DNA from: Octopus sinensis
Taxonomy: Eukaryota
DNA length: 64,000 nt
Reading direction: 5' to 3'
Assembly: GCF_006345805.1 (NCBI RefSeq)
Contig: NC_042999.1
Location: 149,420,001-149,484,000 of the forward strand
Below, piece after piece: positions 1 through 11,227 of this stretch. The notes below the pieces were generated by a model. That model did no database searches. It saw only the letters and a program-made list of their open reading frames with translations, and had not been told where the DNA came from. The position numbers and the translations under genes are program-made. Every line of letters begins with the position of its first letter. The stretch's first letter is position 1.

Positions 1-144
1 ATTTTTTGGTAGATATTTAAAATCATAACTGGGATGACCATGAAATTTAATTTTATAATTAAAGGGTTAATTAAATAAATTAGGATGTAGTGACATTACT
101 TGAATCAAATGGTTGGAAGAACATAAATAGATGTAGTTTTTTAC

Positions 145-163
145 TATTATTATTATTATTATT

Positions 164-210
<47 letters not shown>
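145..210. repeat. (TAT)n directly followed by its reverse complement (AAT)n
   Basis: Visible trinucleotide runs in opposite orientation. Confidence 0.9.
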
Positions 211-213
<3 letters not shown>

Positions 214-1105
214 CAGAAGTTATAGAGTGACTCAAGAATTGAAAGTTTCATGCATTCATGGAGATGGAACAGCATGATGCTGAAGAAGATAAAAGCAAGG
301 TTGGGGAACCATTTCAAATCTTAATAACAAGTTACAGCTATTTCACCAAAGATCTGAGAGAGGAGGGAGGAGTGGAGAGAGGGAGAGAATAAAGAGAGGA
401 GAGAGAGAGAGAGGAAAGAGAGGGGAGAAAGAGGAAAGAAAAAGATTCTCAAAAAAAAAAAAAAGTTAATAATAAGGATACAAATGCTACAAGGAATTAT
501 ATGAACAGAAAAAACAATAATATAGAACATCAAACGCTGGACATGTTCTTTAAGTAAATAATCATCTTATTGATTTTTATTAATATATCTTAAATATAAT
601 TATAGCATACACATGTATTTCTATGTTTAATATTAGAAGTGTTTTGAGTCTTTATTAAGAAGTTTATTTATATTTTTTGACTAGAAATATACTGTAGGTG
701 GGCAAATTGTGTTTATATCATTGTATCATTGAACCTATGGTAAAATTGGATTTGCTTTACGTCACACTTCTCAAGAACCAATCAGCTACTGACTGTACAG
801 TGTTTATTTTATTGAGGAAAGAGGGGTGGGTATATGATATATATATATATATAGAAGAGGAAGAAAGCAAGAAAGAAATTAAAGAGAAGGTATGGGAAGA
901 AAGGAAGGACATAGATATATGTATATTAGACTACATACATACCTACTTACACATACACACATATACAAATACAAATATACACATAGAAATATACATACAT
1001 TCAAACATATACACAATTAACATAAGATAAAGCTGTAGCAAGTGAACACCAAATATATAATGCGTGTTTTTATTGGCTAGACTGGCAACATGACCGTCCC
1101 CAAAT

Positions 1106-1112
<7 letters not shown>

Positions 1113-1181
<69 letters not shown>

Positions 1182-1182
1182 A
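1113..1182. repeat. Compound (TA)n(GA)n microsatellite
   Basis: Direct reading. Confidence 0.95.
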
Positions 1183-1184
1183 TA

Positions 1185-1640
1185 GAGGCAATTATGCAAA
1201 TATATGTCTTGCAAACAACTTGCACATGCAAGTGCTACCAGTCAAAAATTCAGCATACCAGAAGCCAGCAAGTGTATGGGGTCATCAGGAGAGAATGCAT
1301 GCCATTTTGGGGCCTGCCTCTTGACGGCATCAATGCGCACTGGCCCCCCCTCACTGATATGAAGCCCCACTTGCTAGATCAACTGGTTATCAAATAAAGC
1401 TCAAAATTCTTCTAGCCATCACTCATCGTCTCTTTTTAACCAAATCCAGTGGCTAGCCTTCTCCACTGTAGTTTGGATATTGGTCATGGTGGTATTGACT
1501 TTACGATGAGTTAGGCCTAACGATAACAACAGCCATCTCACACTGTGTCCGACAAACCCTCTACATCCAACATCGATTGGAAAATGCTCTGCTTTCCAGC
1601 CTGCGTCTTCACATTCCTTGAGGAGGTTTACATAACGGTT
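1185..1640 (-). mobile_element. 5'-truncated HERO-like non-LTR retrotransposon (restriction-like endonuclease C-terminus plus putative 3' UTR)
   Basis: Minus frame reads RYVNLLKECEDAGWKAEHFPIDVGCRGFVGHSVRWLLLSLG...VEKASHWIWLKRDDE*, matching the K-Y..L..EC...GW......EVGCRGF...aS.WlW.kR ending of HERO-clade ORFs; putative 3' end abuts the microsatellite. Confidence 0.8.
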
Positions 1641-2129
1641 AATCAAATTAGATATATCAAATATAATAGTTTGGGTATGAAATACAAAATATGTATATAT
1701 GCAAATCAAGAGAAAACAAAAAGTGGGGACTCAGATACTGAATGTATAATATATATAGATATTTATATTGACAGATGCAACATACACAGAGTACAAACAA
1801 CAGAGAAAATTGAGGGAGGCTGGGTGATCCATCATAATGTTGGTAAATGTAGTTCACCACAATATGTAGCCATAATATAAGCAATCAACATTGGATAAAT
1901 AGGGTAGAAAAGATCTTACATTTCAAATCATAATGCAAAGAAGTTCAAAGGGGTGAAATGATTAAATGTGGAAAGCTAGCTGTATAAGAGGGAAGAAATA
2001 GAAGGGTTGGTGGGGTTATGGAAAGTGTTAACACAAGGAATGGTAAGAGGAGATAAGAGAACTAGTTCTTCCTGAACTTCTTTTTTTTTTTAAAGCATTC
2101 GCTCATTACAAGGTCCTTTGAATAAAATG

Positions 2130-2760
2130 GATACTAGACAGAAGTCAATAGGTGACAATGAACATTAGACTTAAAAGACTGGAGGTCATATTGAAGAGGA
2201 AAACAAGACTGCAGAAGGGAATTCCAAAGTTCAGAGGTGTGTGGGAAGAAACTGGTATTGTAAAATGCTTTACGACATTTAGGAGGTTGCACAGTATATT
2301 GAAGAGAACTGGACGCAAGTCTAGTTGATCACTGATAAGTTCTTAAAGGAAAAACCAGAGAAGAGAGCTCAGCTGGACAATGTCCATGATAATTTCGTTT
2401 TGAGATTTGGTTTGCAAGATTCTTTATATGAGTTTGTGTGTTGAAGCATATTCTGTTGTGTCTAGGGAGAGTCATTTTCTTTTTGTGCCTTATAATATAA
2501 CACACTCACCGGTAAAATTTCCACTTATTTCTTATTTTCCAATTGAAAAGGTTGCAAGGCGCAATGAAAATTTTAGGAAAATAAAAATAAGAAATAAGTG
2601 GAAATTTTACTGGTGAGTGTGTTACATTATAAGACACAAAAAGAAAATGATTCTCCCCAGACACAACAATCCATGGTAATACTTATAGAAAAGAGACAAG
2701 GAAGTTACACAACGATGATGGAAGGGAAAAGAGAGTAAGATAAAGAGAGTGATAGTGAGG
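2130..2760 (-). mobile_element. Decayed CR1-group/Jockey-like LINE ORF2 C-terminus, split by an insertion at 2394-2669
   Basis: Minus frames read HHRCVTSLSLFYKYYHG (about 2670-2730) and then YHGHCPAELSSLVFPL...PKCRKAFYNTSFFPHTSELWNSLLQSCFPLQYDLQSFKSNV (about 2150-2393), the typical SFFPRT..LWNSLP LINE ending. Confidence 0.8.
2394..2669. mobile_element. Foldback (hairpin) insertion with ~85-bp inverted arms (about 2454-2540 / 2576-2667)
   Basis: tgttgtgtctagggagagtcattttc...ttcttattttcc versus ggaaaata...gaaaatgattctccccagacacaaca; flanked by tccatgataat (2383-2393) and tccatggtaat (2670-2680). Confidence 0.75.
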
Positions 2761-3258
2761 CTAGATTGAAACTGGTTAGAGGTTGATTGGCTTGATCCAA
2801 TTTCTTGCTTATATTTACACTTCAAATAAACCACTTAAGGTAAGCAGAAAATAAAGATATTAGGAAATGTATTTTGAGTTTTCTGAAGCAGAAGCAGGGT
2901 TATTGATAAATAAACAATGGAACAAACAGAATTTAAAGAAATACAGTAGTAGGGGAACAAGAGGGTTGGCATAAGTGTTGTTGTTTAGACCCCAGGTCAG
3001 TCCTGACTGAGCAGAGCAAATGCATTCCAGGCATATGACCACACGAGGTTTTTCTCATGTAGTATATATCTAGTGCTACATTGTCTAATGCATCCCTCCC
3101 TTTTTACTAGTATGGGAATTTAATCCTCATTATCATCGTTATTTTCTCTGAGTCCCTTGAGATATTTGTTTTGCTCTGAGTTGTAAACACTCACTTGAAG
3201 TACAGAGAACAAGTGACTGATCTGTTGAAAATCTATAACCAACAAATCTATCGCTTAC

Positions 3259-3315
3259 CTGCAAAGCTTTCGCTCTGTTATAAAATGCAATACATAAATA
3301 AGACTAGAGATATAT
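3259..3315 (-). other. Candidate 57-nt internal exon (unverified)
   Basis: Minus strand ttttccttcAG|...|GTAAGC; one open frame YISSLIYVLHFITERKLC; length divisible by 3; no partner exon or homology recognised. Confidence 0.2.
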
Positions 3316-3786
3316 CTGAAGGAAAATTCATTTATTAAGTTATGAAATAAAGAAGAAGCATACACAAGAGGATTGCTTTCCATTTTTTTTTTTTCTCACA
3401 AGATCAAAACAATTTGGAATAAATTGATTAAAGTTTCATCAGATCAAACACAATGTTATTTCTTTATATTTATGCACACACACACACACACACACACACA
3501 TGCATGCACACATGTATACATGCACGCACATGCACAAACGCATGCACATACACACACAATTTCTATTTATCTTTCTTTCTCTTTTTAGCAGTATCTTTTA
3601 TCCTTTACTTGCTTTGATCATTAGACTGTGGTCATGCTGGAGCACCACCTTGAATAAATTTTAGTCAAATGAATTGACCTCCAGCACTTATTTTTCTTTT
3701 AAGCCTGGTACATATTCTAAATTATGGAGACATAAATACATTAAGACCAGTTGTCAAGCTGTGATGAGGAACAAACACAGCCACAA

Positions 3787-4110
3787 CATCATCATCATTT
3801 AACATCCGCTTTCCATGCTGGCATGGGTTGGATGGTTTGACTGAAAACTGGTAAACCAGGGGGCTGCACCAGGTTCTGATCTGATTCGGCAAGGTTTCTA
3901 CAGCTGGATGCCCTTCCTAATGCCAACCACTTTGAGAGTGTAGTGGGCGATTTTTACATGCCACCGGCACAGGTGCCATGACCTGACACTGGCATCGGCC
4001 ACAACTATGGCCTCACTTGGCTTGATAGGTCTGCACAAGCACAGTATATCACCAAAGGTCTTGGTTACCTGTCACTGCCTCCACGAGGCTCAACACTCAA
4101 ACAGATCCTG
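3787..4110 (-). mobile_element. RTE-LINE 3' end (ORF C-terminus remnant, 3' UTR, (GAT)n tail)
   Basis: catcatcatttaacatccgctttccatgc...ggatgcccttcctaatgccaaccac block; distal part resembles the ORF end seen at about 44410-44480. Confidence 0.8.
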
Positions 4111-4167
4111 TTGAAATGTCCAACTCATACCAGCATGCAAGACAAATGTGAAATGATGATGATGATA

Positions 4168-4560
4168 GGTGTAGGAGTGGCTGTGTGGTAAGTAGCTTGC
4201 TTACCAACCACATGGTTCTGGGTTCAGTCCCACTGCATGGCACCTTGGGCAAGTGTCTTCTACTATAGCCTTAGGCCGACCAAAGCCTTGTGAGTGGATT
4301 TGGTAGATGGAAACTGAAAGAAGCCCGTCGTATATATGTATATATATATGTATGTGTGTCTGTGTTTGTCCCCCCAACATCGCTTGACAACCGATGTTGG
4401 TGCGCTTACATCCCTGTAACTTAGTGGTTCAGCAAAAGACACCAATAGAATAAGTACTGGGCTTACAAAGAATAAGTCCTGGGGTCGATTTGCTCAACTA
4501 AAGGTGGTGCTTCAACATGGCCACAGTCACATGGCTGAAACAAGTAAAAGAGTAAAGAGT
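4168..4560 (+). mobile_element. Full-length tRNA-derived SINE family A (CORE-like segment, internal TA/TG microsatellite)
   Basis: A-box TGGCTGTGTGG, B-box GGTTCAGTCCC, gcaccttgggcaagtgtctt resembling the MIR/CORE motif, (gtaaaaga)n tail; many further copies in the window. Confidence 0.9.
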
Positions 4561-4659
4561 ATGATGATGGTGATGGTGTGTGTGTGTGTGTGTGTACTGA
4601 CATAATTGGTGGTGGTGATTCCATTAGAAACAAAGGAACCAAGCTACTCAATACATCAA

Positions 4660-4999
4660 GTAGAAAGTATATTTCTTCTGCTGGGCTCAAATCTCACTTG
4701 CAGACCCATGAAAAACGAACCTCCACCAACTATTCTGCCTACATATCTGTGCACACCTTTCAATGCTGTGTATGCCATAAGGTCTGCAAATCTAACAGAG
4801 GCCTCAAAAGACATTTTAAGATCCTCAAAGATCAGAACTTAACTGCAGCTCTTGGTGGTCCAAATCAGATATGCAATTTATGTGGGTGTCTTTTCAATAC
4901 ATTGACTGGTTTAAAAAGTCATATTAGACACCATGATGGATCTAGGGTGTAAGAACAAGAGGTGGTCAGACTCTGCATAAGGAGTAGATAACCACCACA
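4660..4999 (+). mobile_element. LINE (probably RTE/BovB-type) C-terminal C2H2 zinc-finger region plus short 3' UTR
   Basis: KYISSAGLKSHLQTH, CCVCHKVCKSNRGLKRHFK, CNLCGCLFNTLTGLKSHIRHH; GLxSH fingers without TGEKP linkers; ORF start lies in a (TG)n run. Confidence 0.6.
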
Positions 5000-5954
5000 A
5001 ATATATCTTTTATCATTTCTTTAACTTGCTTCAGACATAAGAATGTGTCTATGCTGGGACATCCCCTTGAAGCATTTTAGTTACACAAATCAGCTCCAGT
5101 ATGTTTTTTTAAGCCTGGTATTTATTCTGTTGATCTTGTTAGCTGAACTGCTAAGTTACAGAGATGTAAACACACCAACACCAGTTGTTAATCAGTAGCA
5201 GGAAGACACACACACACACAGAGCTTCTTTCAGTTTCCATCTACCAAATCCACTCACAATGCTCACAAGTTATTTTATATCATTCTTTCATTTGAAACAA
5301 CTAAGTTGTCAACTTGATCATATGGTTAATCATATGGGATCATATGAGTGTTCACTAATTTCTGTAAAAAATTTTCATTTCTTTATGCTTTGAAGAGAGG
5401 AGAAATTGAAAGAGAGGAGAAAGTGAAAAGGTGACATTTGTTTTGAAGTGAAAGTAGAAAGTAAAAGATATATATATATATATACATGTGTATGAAATGG
5501 ATGTGTGTGTGCATATGAGAGAGAGAGAAAGTGAATGAGTGAAGGTGTGTTTTATGTATTCATTTTTTTGCATGTATGTGTAAGTGGCACTCATTTGCTC
5601 TCTCTCTCTCTCACACACACACAAACATCTTTCATAAACACATACATAAATACATATGCATACATATTTTTTGTATGTATGTGTGCATGTGAGAGAGAGA
5701 GAGAGAGTGTGTGTGTGTGTGTGTGTGTGAGTGACGCAAAAACTCTTTTATATATATAACCAGCTTTCTTTATTATAGCGCAGATGTGACTAATGCAGAG
5801 AAACATTACTTTCATTATTCACACATCTTAACTCTCATAATGCAACAATGTAAATTTGGTTTAAATTGAAAAGAGTTAAACTATTTTCACTTTCTAATGA
5901 AACCTGCTCATTGTTGAGCAGTGTCTTTCAAATAACTATAGCTGGTTGTAGAAT

Positions 5955-6463
5955 CATCATCATCATCATCATCATCATTAACATCCACTTTCCATGCTAG
6001 CATGGGTTGGATGATTTGACTGAGGACTGGCAAACCAGATGGCTGCACCAGGCTCCAATCTGATCTGGTAGAGTTTCTACAGCTGGATGCCCTTCCTAAT
6101 GCTAACCACTCTGAGAGTGTAGTGAGTGCTTTTACAAGGGCCAGTCAGGTGGTACTGGCAATGGCCACGCTCAAATGGTGTTTTTTACGTGCCACCTGCA
6201 CAGGAGCCAGTCCAGCTGCACTGGCAACAACCTCACTAGAATATTTTTTCACGTGCCACTAAGGCAACACTGGTAGCAATCAGGCTAAAATGGTGTTTTT
6301 TACATGCCACCAGCACACAAGCCAGTCAGCTGCTCTGGCAACAATAATACTCGGATGGTGCTCTTAGTGCTCCACTAGCATGGATGCCAATCATCGAATT
6401 TGATTTCAATTTCGATTTCACTTGCCTCAACAGGTCTTTGCAAGCAGAGTTTAGTGTCCAATG
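5955..6463 (-). mobile_element. RTE-LINE 3' UTR with internal ~60-bp modules and (GAT)n tail
   Basis: Same diagnostic block as 3787-4110, with repeated ggtgttttttacgtgccac modules. Confidence 0.85.
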
Positions 6464-6807
6464 ATAATTTAGAAAATATGTTAATGAAAAAAGAGTTTAT
6501 TTAGTAGCTGAGCAACTAAATTTTCGAATGCATAAGGAACAATCACTCACATACACACTCTCTCTCTCTCACACACACACACACATATATATAATAACAA
6601 AAATGTGTACAGTGATATTTCTATGAGGAGTGGAAAATCCAATGATTCAGTGTCCTTCAGAGAAAGGTTAAAAGGAGAGACATAAAGAGACAACAGAATT
6701 TTACATCCTGTAAGTTACAAAACTTTAAGAAAAACCTGGTTGTAGACTAACACCAACCTTTCTGGTGTCTGTTTAATCATATAAACACACAAACAAGCTT
6801 TTTTCAG

Positions 6808-7046
6808 TTTCTTATTTCTTTATTGCTCATAAGGTGGCTAAACATAGAGGGGACAAACAAGGACAGAAAAAGGGATAAAGTCGATTACATCAACCCCAGT
6901 GCGTAAGTGGTACTTAATTTATCAACCCTGAAAGGATGAAAGCAAAGTCAACCTCGGCAGAATTTGAACTCAGAATGTAAAGACAGACGAATTGCTGCTA
7001 AGCATTTCAGCCAGTGAGCTAACATTTCTGCCAGCTCGCCGCCTTG
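6808..7046 (-). mobile_element. SINE family C monomer (tail type 2), nested in a family A head
   Basis: Head ggcggcgagctggcagaa, B-box gagttcaaattc, central ctttcatcctttc.gggttgataaattaagtacc block resembling the Meta-SINE domain. Confidence 0.85.
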
Positions 7047-8004
7047 AACTTTTTGCAGTTTCTGCCAACCAAATCAACTCACACTGTTTTAATTGGCCCA
7101 GGTCTATAGTAGAAGACACTTGCTTCAAGTGCCACACAGTGATACTGAACCCAAAACCATGTGGTTGGAAAGTAAACTTCTTAACTATACAGCCACATCT
7201 GCGTCAAGGAAAATATAAAACATGTCCTTCAGAGTCCCTTGCATCATTTATTCTGCACTAATTTAGACACTCTTGTGTCACGTGCACCTGAAATGTAGTG
7301 AACCAGAGATTGGCCTGTTGAATACTTGTAACCAACAATGTTATTGTTCACTGATTGCAACATAAAATAAATAAATATGGTGTAGGACAACCATTTAATT
7401 TTAAAATATATAGGTTACCTTTTCATCAGAGAACAAACTAAAAGTGTTAAAATGTATAGCAAACAAAACAAGGATTTGGTTAAAATCAAAGCAAAGCTTC
7501 AAGTGTAGAAAAATATATTAAAACTCTTTATACCTTAATATTGGCATCAAATAGGAAAAAGAAAATATATAGTAGTTGGTTATTGAGATACAGAGGAAAA
7601 TAATGGAAGCTTAGATTATAAAGGAAGACGTATGAATAATATTTTCTTGGTTCAGATGATACTGCTAATGTTGAGTCACCTTGGCAGGTCTACAACTTAG
7701 CAATTGAATTTTAACAATAACCATAACCAGTGGTGGACTGACCCATGTTGCCAGCTTGCCTGATGGCAAGTGGGTCCCTGCACCATTAGAATGCACTCCT
7801 AGAAGAATGCATTAATTATTTCAGCCTGGCTGTGTTTGTAGACAGTTGAAAAGAATACTTTTAACAAAAAAAAAAAAAATTAAATGATAGCATTGTAGTT
7901 GTGGGTGGGCCCACTTGTAGTTGCTAGTGGGCCTCCTTGTAGTTGTGGTAGGACCCCCTTAGTCTCCTGTATTCTATGAGGTATGGACTCATACAAAGTT
8001 TGAA

Positions 8005-8310
8005 TTGTTTCCAAAGGAATTTTTGTCCATTCTTCAGCTTGCCATAAGGGAAACCATTAGGCTGGCAGATTTCCAAGTTATAGCCCCACCCCCGATCATC
8101 ACAGATCCTCCTCCATGTTTAACAGTTGTAAGAAGACAGTCTTGGTCAAATGCTTCTTTTGGCTGTCTCCACACATATACTTGGCCAGTGGTTGGAAACA
8201 AGGTAAAGGATGACTCATCCAAGAAAATAACATTCTTCCACTGCTCTAGAGACCAATTCTGTAGGTTTTTACTCCACTCTAAACGCTTTGCAACTGCAGT
8301 CCTACAAGTG
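8005..8310 (-). mobile_element. Tc1-family transposase fragment
   Basis: AKRLEWSKNLQNWSLEQWKNVIFLDESSFTLF...VWRQPKEAFDQDCLLTTVKHGGGSVMI, matching the Tc1 W..V.fSDESkF and tvKhGGGsvmvWG motifs. Confidence 0.9.
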
Positions 8311-8533
8311 AAATTATTAAAAGAATAAATGAAAGAAAGGGGCCTGATTAGACTCACTAAATTAATCAATAAAATATATTTAAAAGAAGACTGTACTAAA
8401 CACACAATGAACTAATTTAAACAGATTTGAATTTGGAAAAGATTTTTTAAAATTTGTTTTTTGCTTTCACAAATACAATAAAATTTTCAAATAAGTTAAG
8501 AAAGCAAAATTGTCAGTCATAAAACAGTAAGAC

Positions 8534-8959
8534 CAGTGCTGGATTAACCCTTAAGCAAAATAAGCACATGCTTAGGGCATCAAGGGATGGTGGGGGCACC
8601 AAAGAAATGGTAAATGGTTTACAGCACAAAAGAAATCACTTTACACTTGCTAAAATAATATTCGGGATGTCTTTATCTCTACTAAGTATAGATGCAGATG
8701 TGTTACCAAAGATTAATTTTGAGGATCTGATAAAAGACTTTGCAATTCAAAAAAGTAGGAGGAAACTTCTCAAATATAAATAGTGGAAGTATACAAAAAT
8801 AAACATTACTTTTCCTCTTACTATTTTGTTTCATTTTGAAAAATAAAAAATTATTTTATGGTTTGTTATTGTTCATATTTTGAATTACATAATCTTTTAT
8901 GGGGGGACAACAAAATATTTTAAGTGCTTAGGGCCTCGATGGGTCTTAATCCGGCCCTG
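8534..8959 (+). mobile_element. Non-autonomous hAT element with transposase C-terminal remnant
   Basis: TIRs cagtgctggattaa / ttaatccggccctg; 8-bp TSD agtaagac / ggtaagac; SLLSIDADVLPKINFEDLIKDFAIQKSRRK resembles the hAT C-terminal dimerisation region. Confidence 0.85.
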
Positions 8960-10723
8960 GGTAAGACAGAAACTCGATGTATTTTAAATAGATATGATTC
9001 TGTTATAATTCTTTCGCATGGGAATGGTAACACACACAAACACCTTTTAAAAAGCAAAAGCTTCTCTAAAATGTAAATAAACCTACTTTATGAACTGCTT
9101 TCAGAAAATCATAAAACAAAGGTTCTAAAAGGACAAAAATTGGTGTTGTGTGTTTTTGTTTTTAGCAAATTACAAAACATGGAACTTCTCTAAATGTTAG
9201 GTGAAAGGAAATGGCTCAATATTTGTTTGGATAACATTTTGAATGCTTGTCTTAGTTTAACTAACCAATGTAACAGTGAGCTTATAAAGTAACATCCATC
9301 TTTCAGATCTTTAATTCATTTATATTTTCTTTTAACAGGTTTAAATATCAAATTTAGGACAACTTTGTTCCCTGGTTAGGATTGGATGGCCATGGCTAAA
9401 TCCACAGCTGATTATAGAAGACCTGCCAGTATGTACTTGCTTTTGTTTATTATTTTTAAGTGCTCATATAGTCATGAGCAATCATAAACACCCTCGTGCT
9501 TCTCCCACCCTTGGCCCAAAGGAACATCAAAGACATGATGGCTGGGGAGAGAGAGAGAGAGTTGTACCAGCATTCAGTTGGTATTTATTGTCTGATTAGT
9601 AGACTGGAAGAATGTGAAATGAGGGGATTCACTCAAGAACACAATATGCCACCCAGTTCAGGAATTGAACCCACAGTTTTGTGATTGTGTCCACCACTTT
9701 AACCACTAGGCTACATAATGCCACTGGTCAAGGCTTAAAGATGGCACTAAATCATTATCTCTGATAAGAATATATTTAAGAAAAGTACAATAGGTAGTTA
9801 TTCAATAACATCTTAGAAGCAATTAGTTAATTAACTCTAAGAAATTCCACACTAATTAAGCAATAATAACAAAATTGTTAAAGATTATTTCAAAGAGATT
9901 ATTGTATGAAAAAATGCAGTGAAATTAATCTTTTGTCAACCCTAAAAACACAAAAGAGTGATGCTTATTGATGCTTTAAGCAAACGAGAAATAAATCCTT
10001 ATCATTCCTTAGCAGGATTCTCTTCTATCACAAAAGGAAGAACTAAAGTCAATATGCCAAATCCACAAAATACTTTGAAAGAGCTACCACTGCTTCCAAC
10101 AGAAAATTGTACAAGACATGATACCTATTTACAATAAGGTGGACTTAGGCACTATGTTAGACATACTCACATACTCATCAACAGTAACTGTGTCAGATAA
10201 GGTATCTATTTAAAACAAGCTACTATGTTCGACTTAGCAAATTTTACTAGACACAGTATCTATTTAAAACAAGGTGGACTTAGCCACAATGTTAGAGATA
10301 CAATTTCAGAAAATTATAACTTTCATGATATCTAAACAGTTCACTTGACATACTAGAAATAGTAACTAAATTTATGTCAGATCATATCTTACTGAGGAAA
10401 TACTATTTAATGTAATCTTAGATATTAGGCATTCCTGAATAAAAGATCTGCTTAATTAAAGAATGACCTTGCTAAACAAGGTAAACTCAGCCACTATATT
10501 GAACACAAACACACATTGCAAATATTTGATTGGTCTCTTGTATATACATCATTTGAGTACAATATCCACACAAAAACTGTTTCCTAGATGGTTCATCACA
10601 GAATGCCACAGTACAATATGGTTCCCAGGTAGGCAGAGACAAAGGATAACTGAAACAATGGACTTTAGCAGTTCGGCAAAAGAGACCGATAGAACAAGTA
10701 CTAAGCTTACAAAGAATAAGTCC

Positions 10724-11227
10724 ACAGTGATCCGTAGGTAGGTGAGGTGCAGCCAGAGGGTAAATGTCCAAAAGAATCCGTAAAGGGTAGATAGAAAGTC
10801 CAGTGGAGAAGTTCGTGTGTGATAAGAAATGACAGGATTAATTGGTGCAACCACGTAAGCATGTGATATATAGGGAGAGTTTACGAAAAAATCAAAAGAC
10901 GAAGACAGGTGGTGTACAAAACAAACAGATGTATTAGTATAACGCTCAGGAATAGAAAAAGTCTTTTACGTTTCAAGCCTATGCTCTTCTACAGAAAGGG
11001 ACACAGAAAATAAACAAGGAGAGAAAAAAAAAATGTGTGTAGTGGCTGATAGATCATTAGCCACTACACACATTTTTTCTCTCTCCTTGTTTTTTTCTGC
11101 GTCCCTTTCTGTAGAAGAGCGTAGGCTCGAAACATAAAAGACTTTTTCTCTTCCTGAGCGTTATGCTAATACATCTTTGTTTTGTACACCACCTGTCTTC
11201 GTCTTTTGTTTTTTTCGTAAACTCCCC
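10724..11227. mobile_element. Insertion in a family A SINE containing a ~355-bp palindrome of a Penelope-type terminal repeat
   Basis: 18-bp direct duplication cttacaaagaataagtcc at 10706-10723 and 11228-11245; inverted arms about 10873-11050 / 11056-11228; hammerhead-like motif in each arm. Confidence 0.75.
11105..11140 (+). ncRNA. Minimal type-I hammerhead-like motif with non-canonical core CUGUAGA; mirror copy on minus strand at 10963-10998
   Basis: CUUU-CUGUAGA-A-GAGC-GUAG-GCUC-GAAA-C(A/G)UA-AAAG: stem I CUUU/AAAG, stem II GAGC/GCUC, GAAA; palindromic ACGU stem III in the left arm. Confidence 0.45.

Noticed and set aside
755-790. Promoter (TTACGTCA and CCAATCAG motifs)
   Set aside because: Short motifs expected by chance; no linked gene
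4578-4952. Host C2H2 zinc-finger gene
   Set aside because: Starts in (TG)n, lacks TGEKP linkers, and has a LINE-like ending
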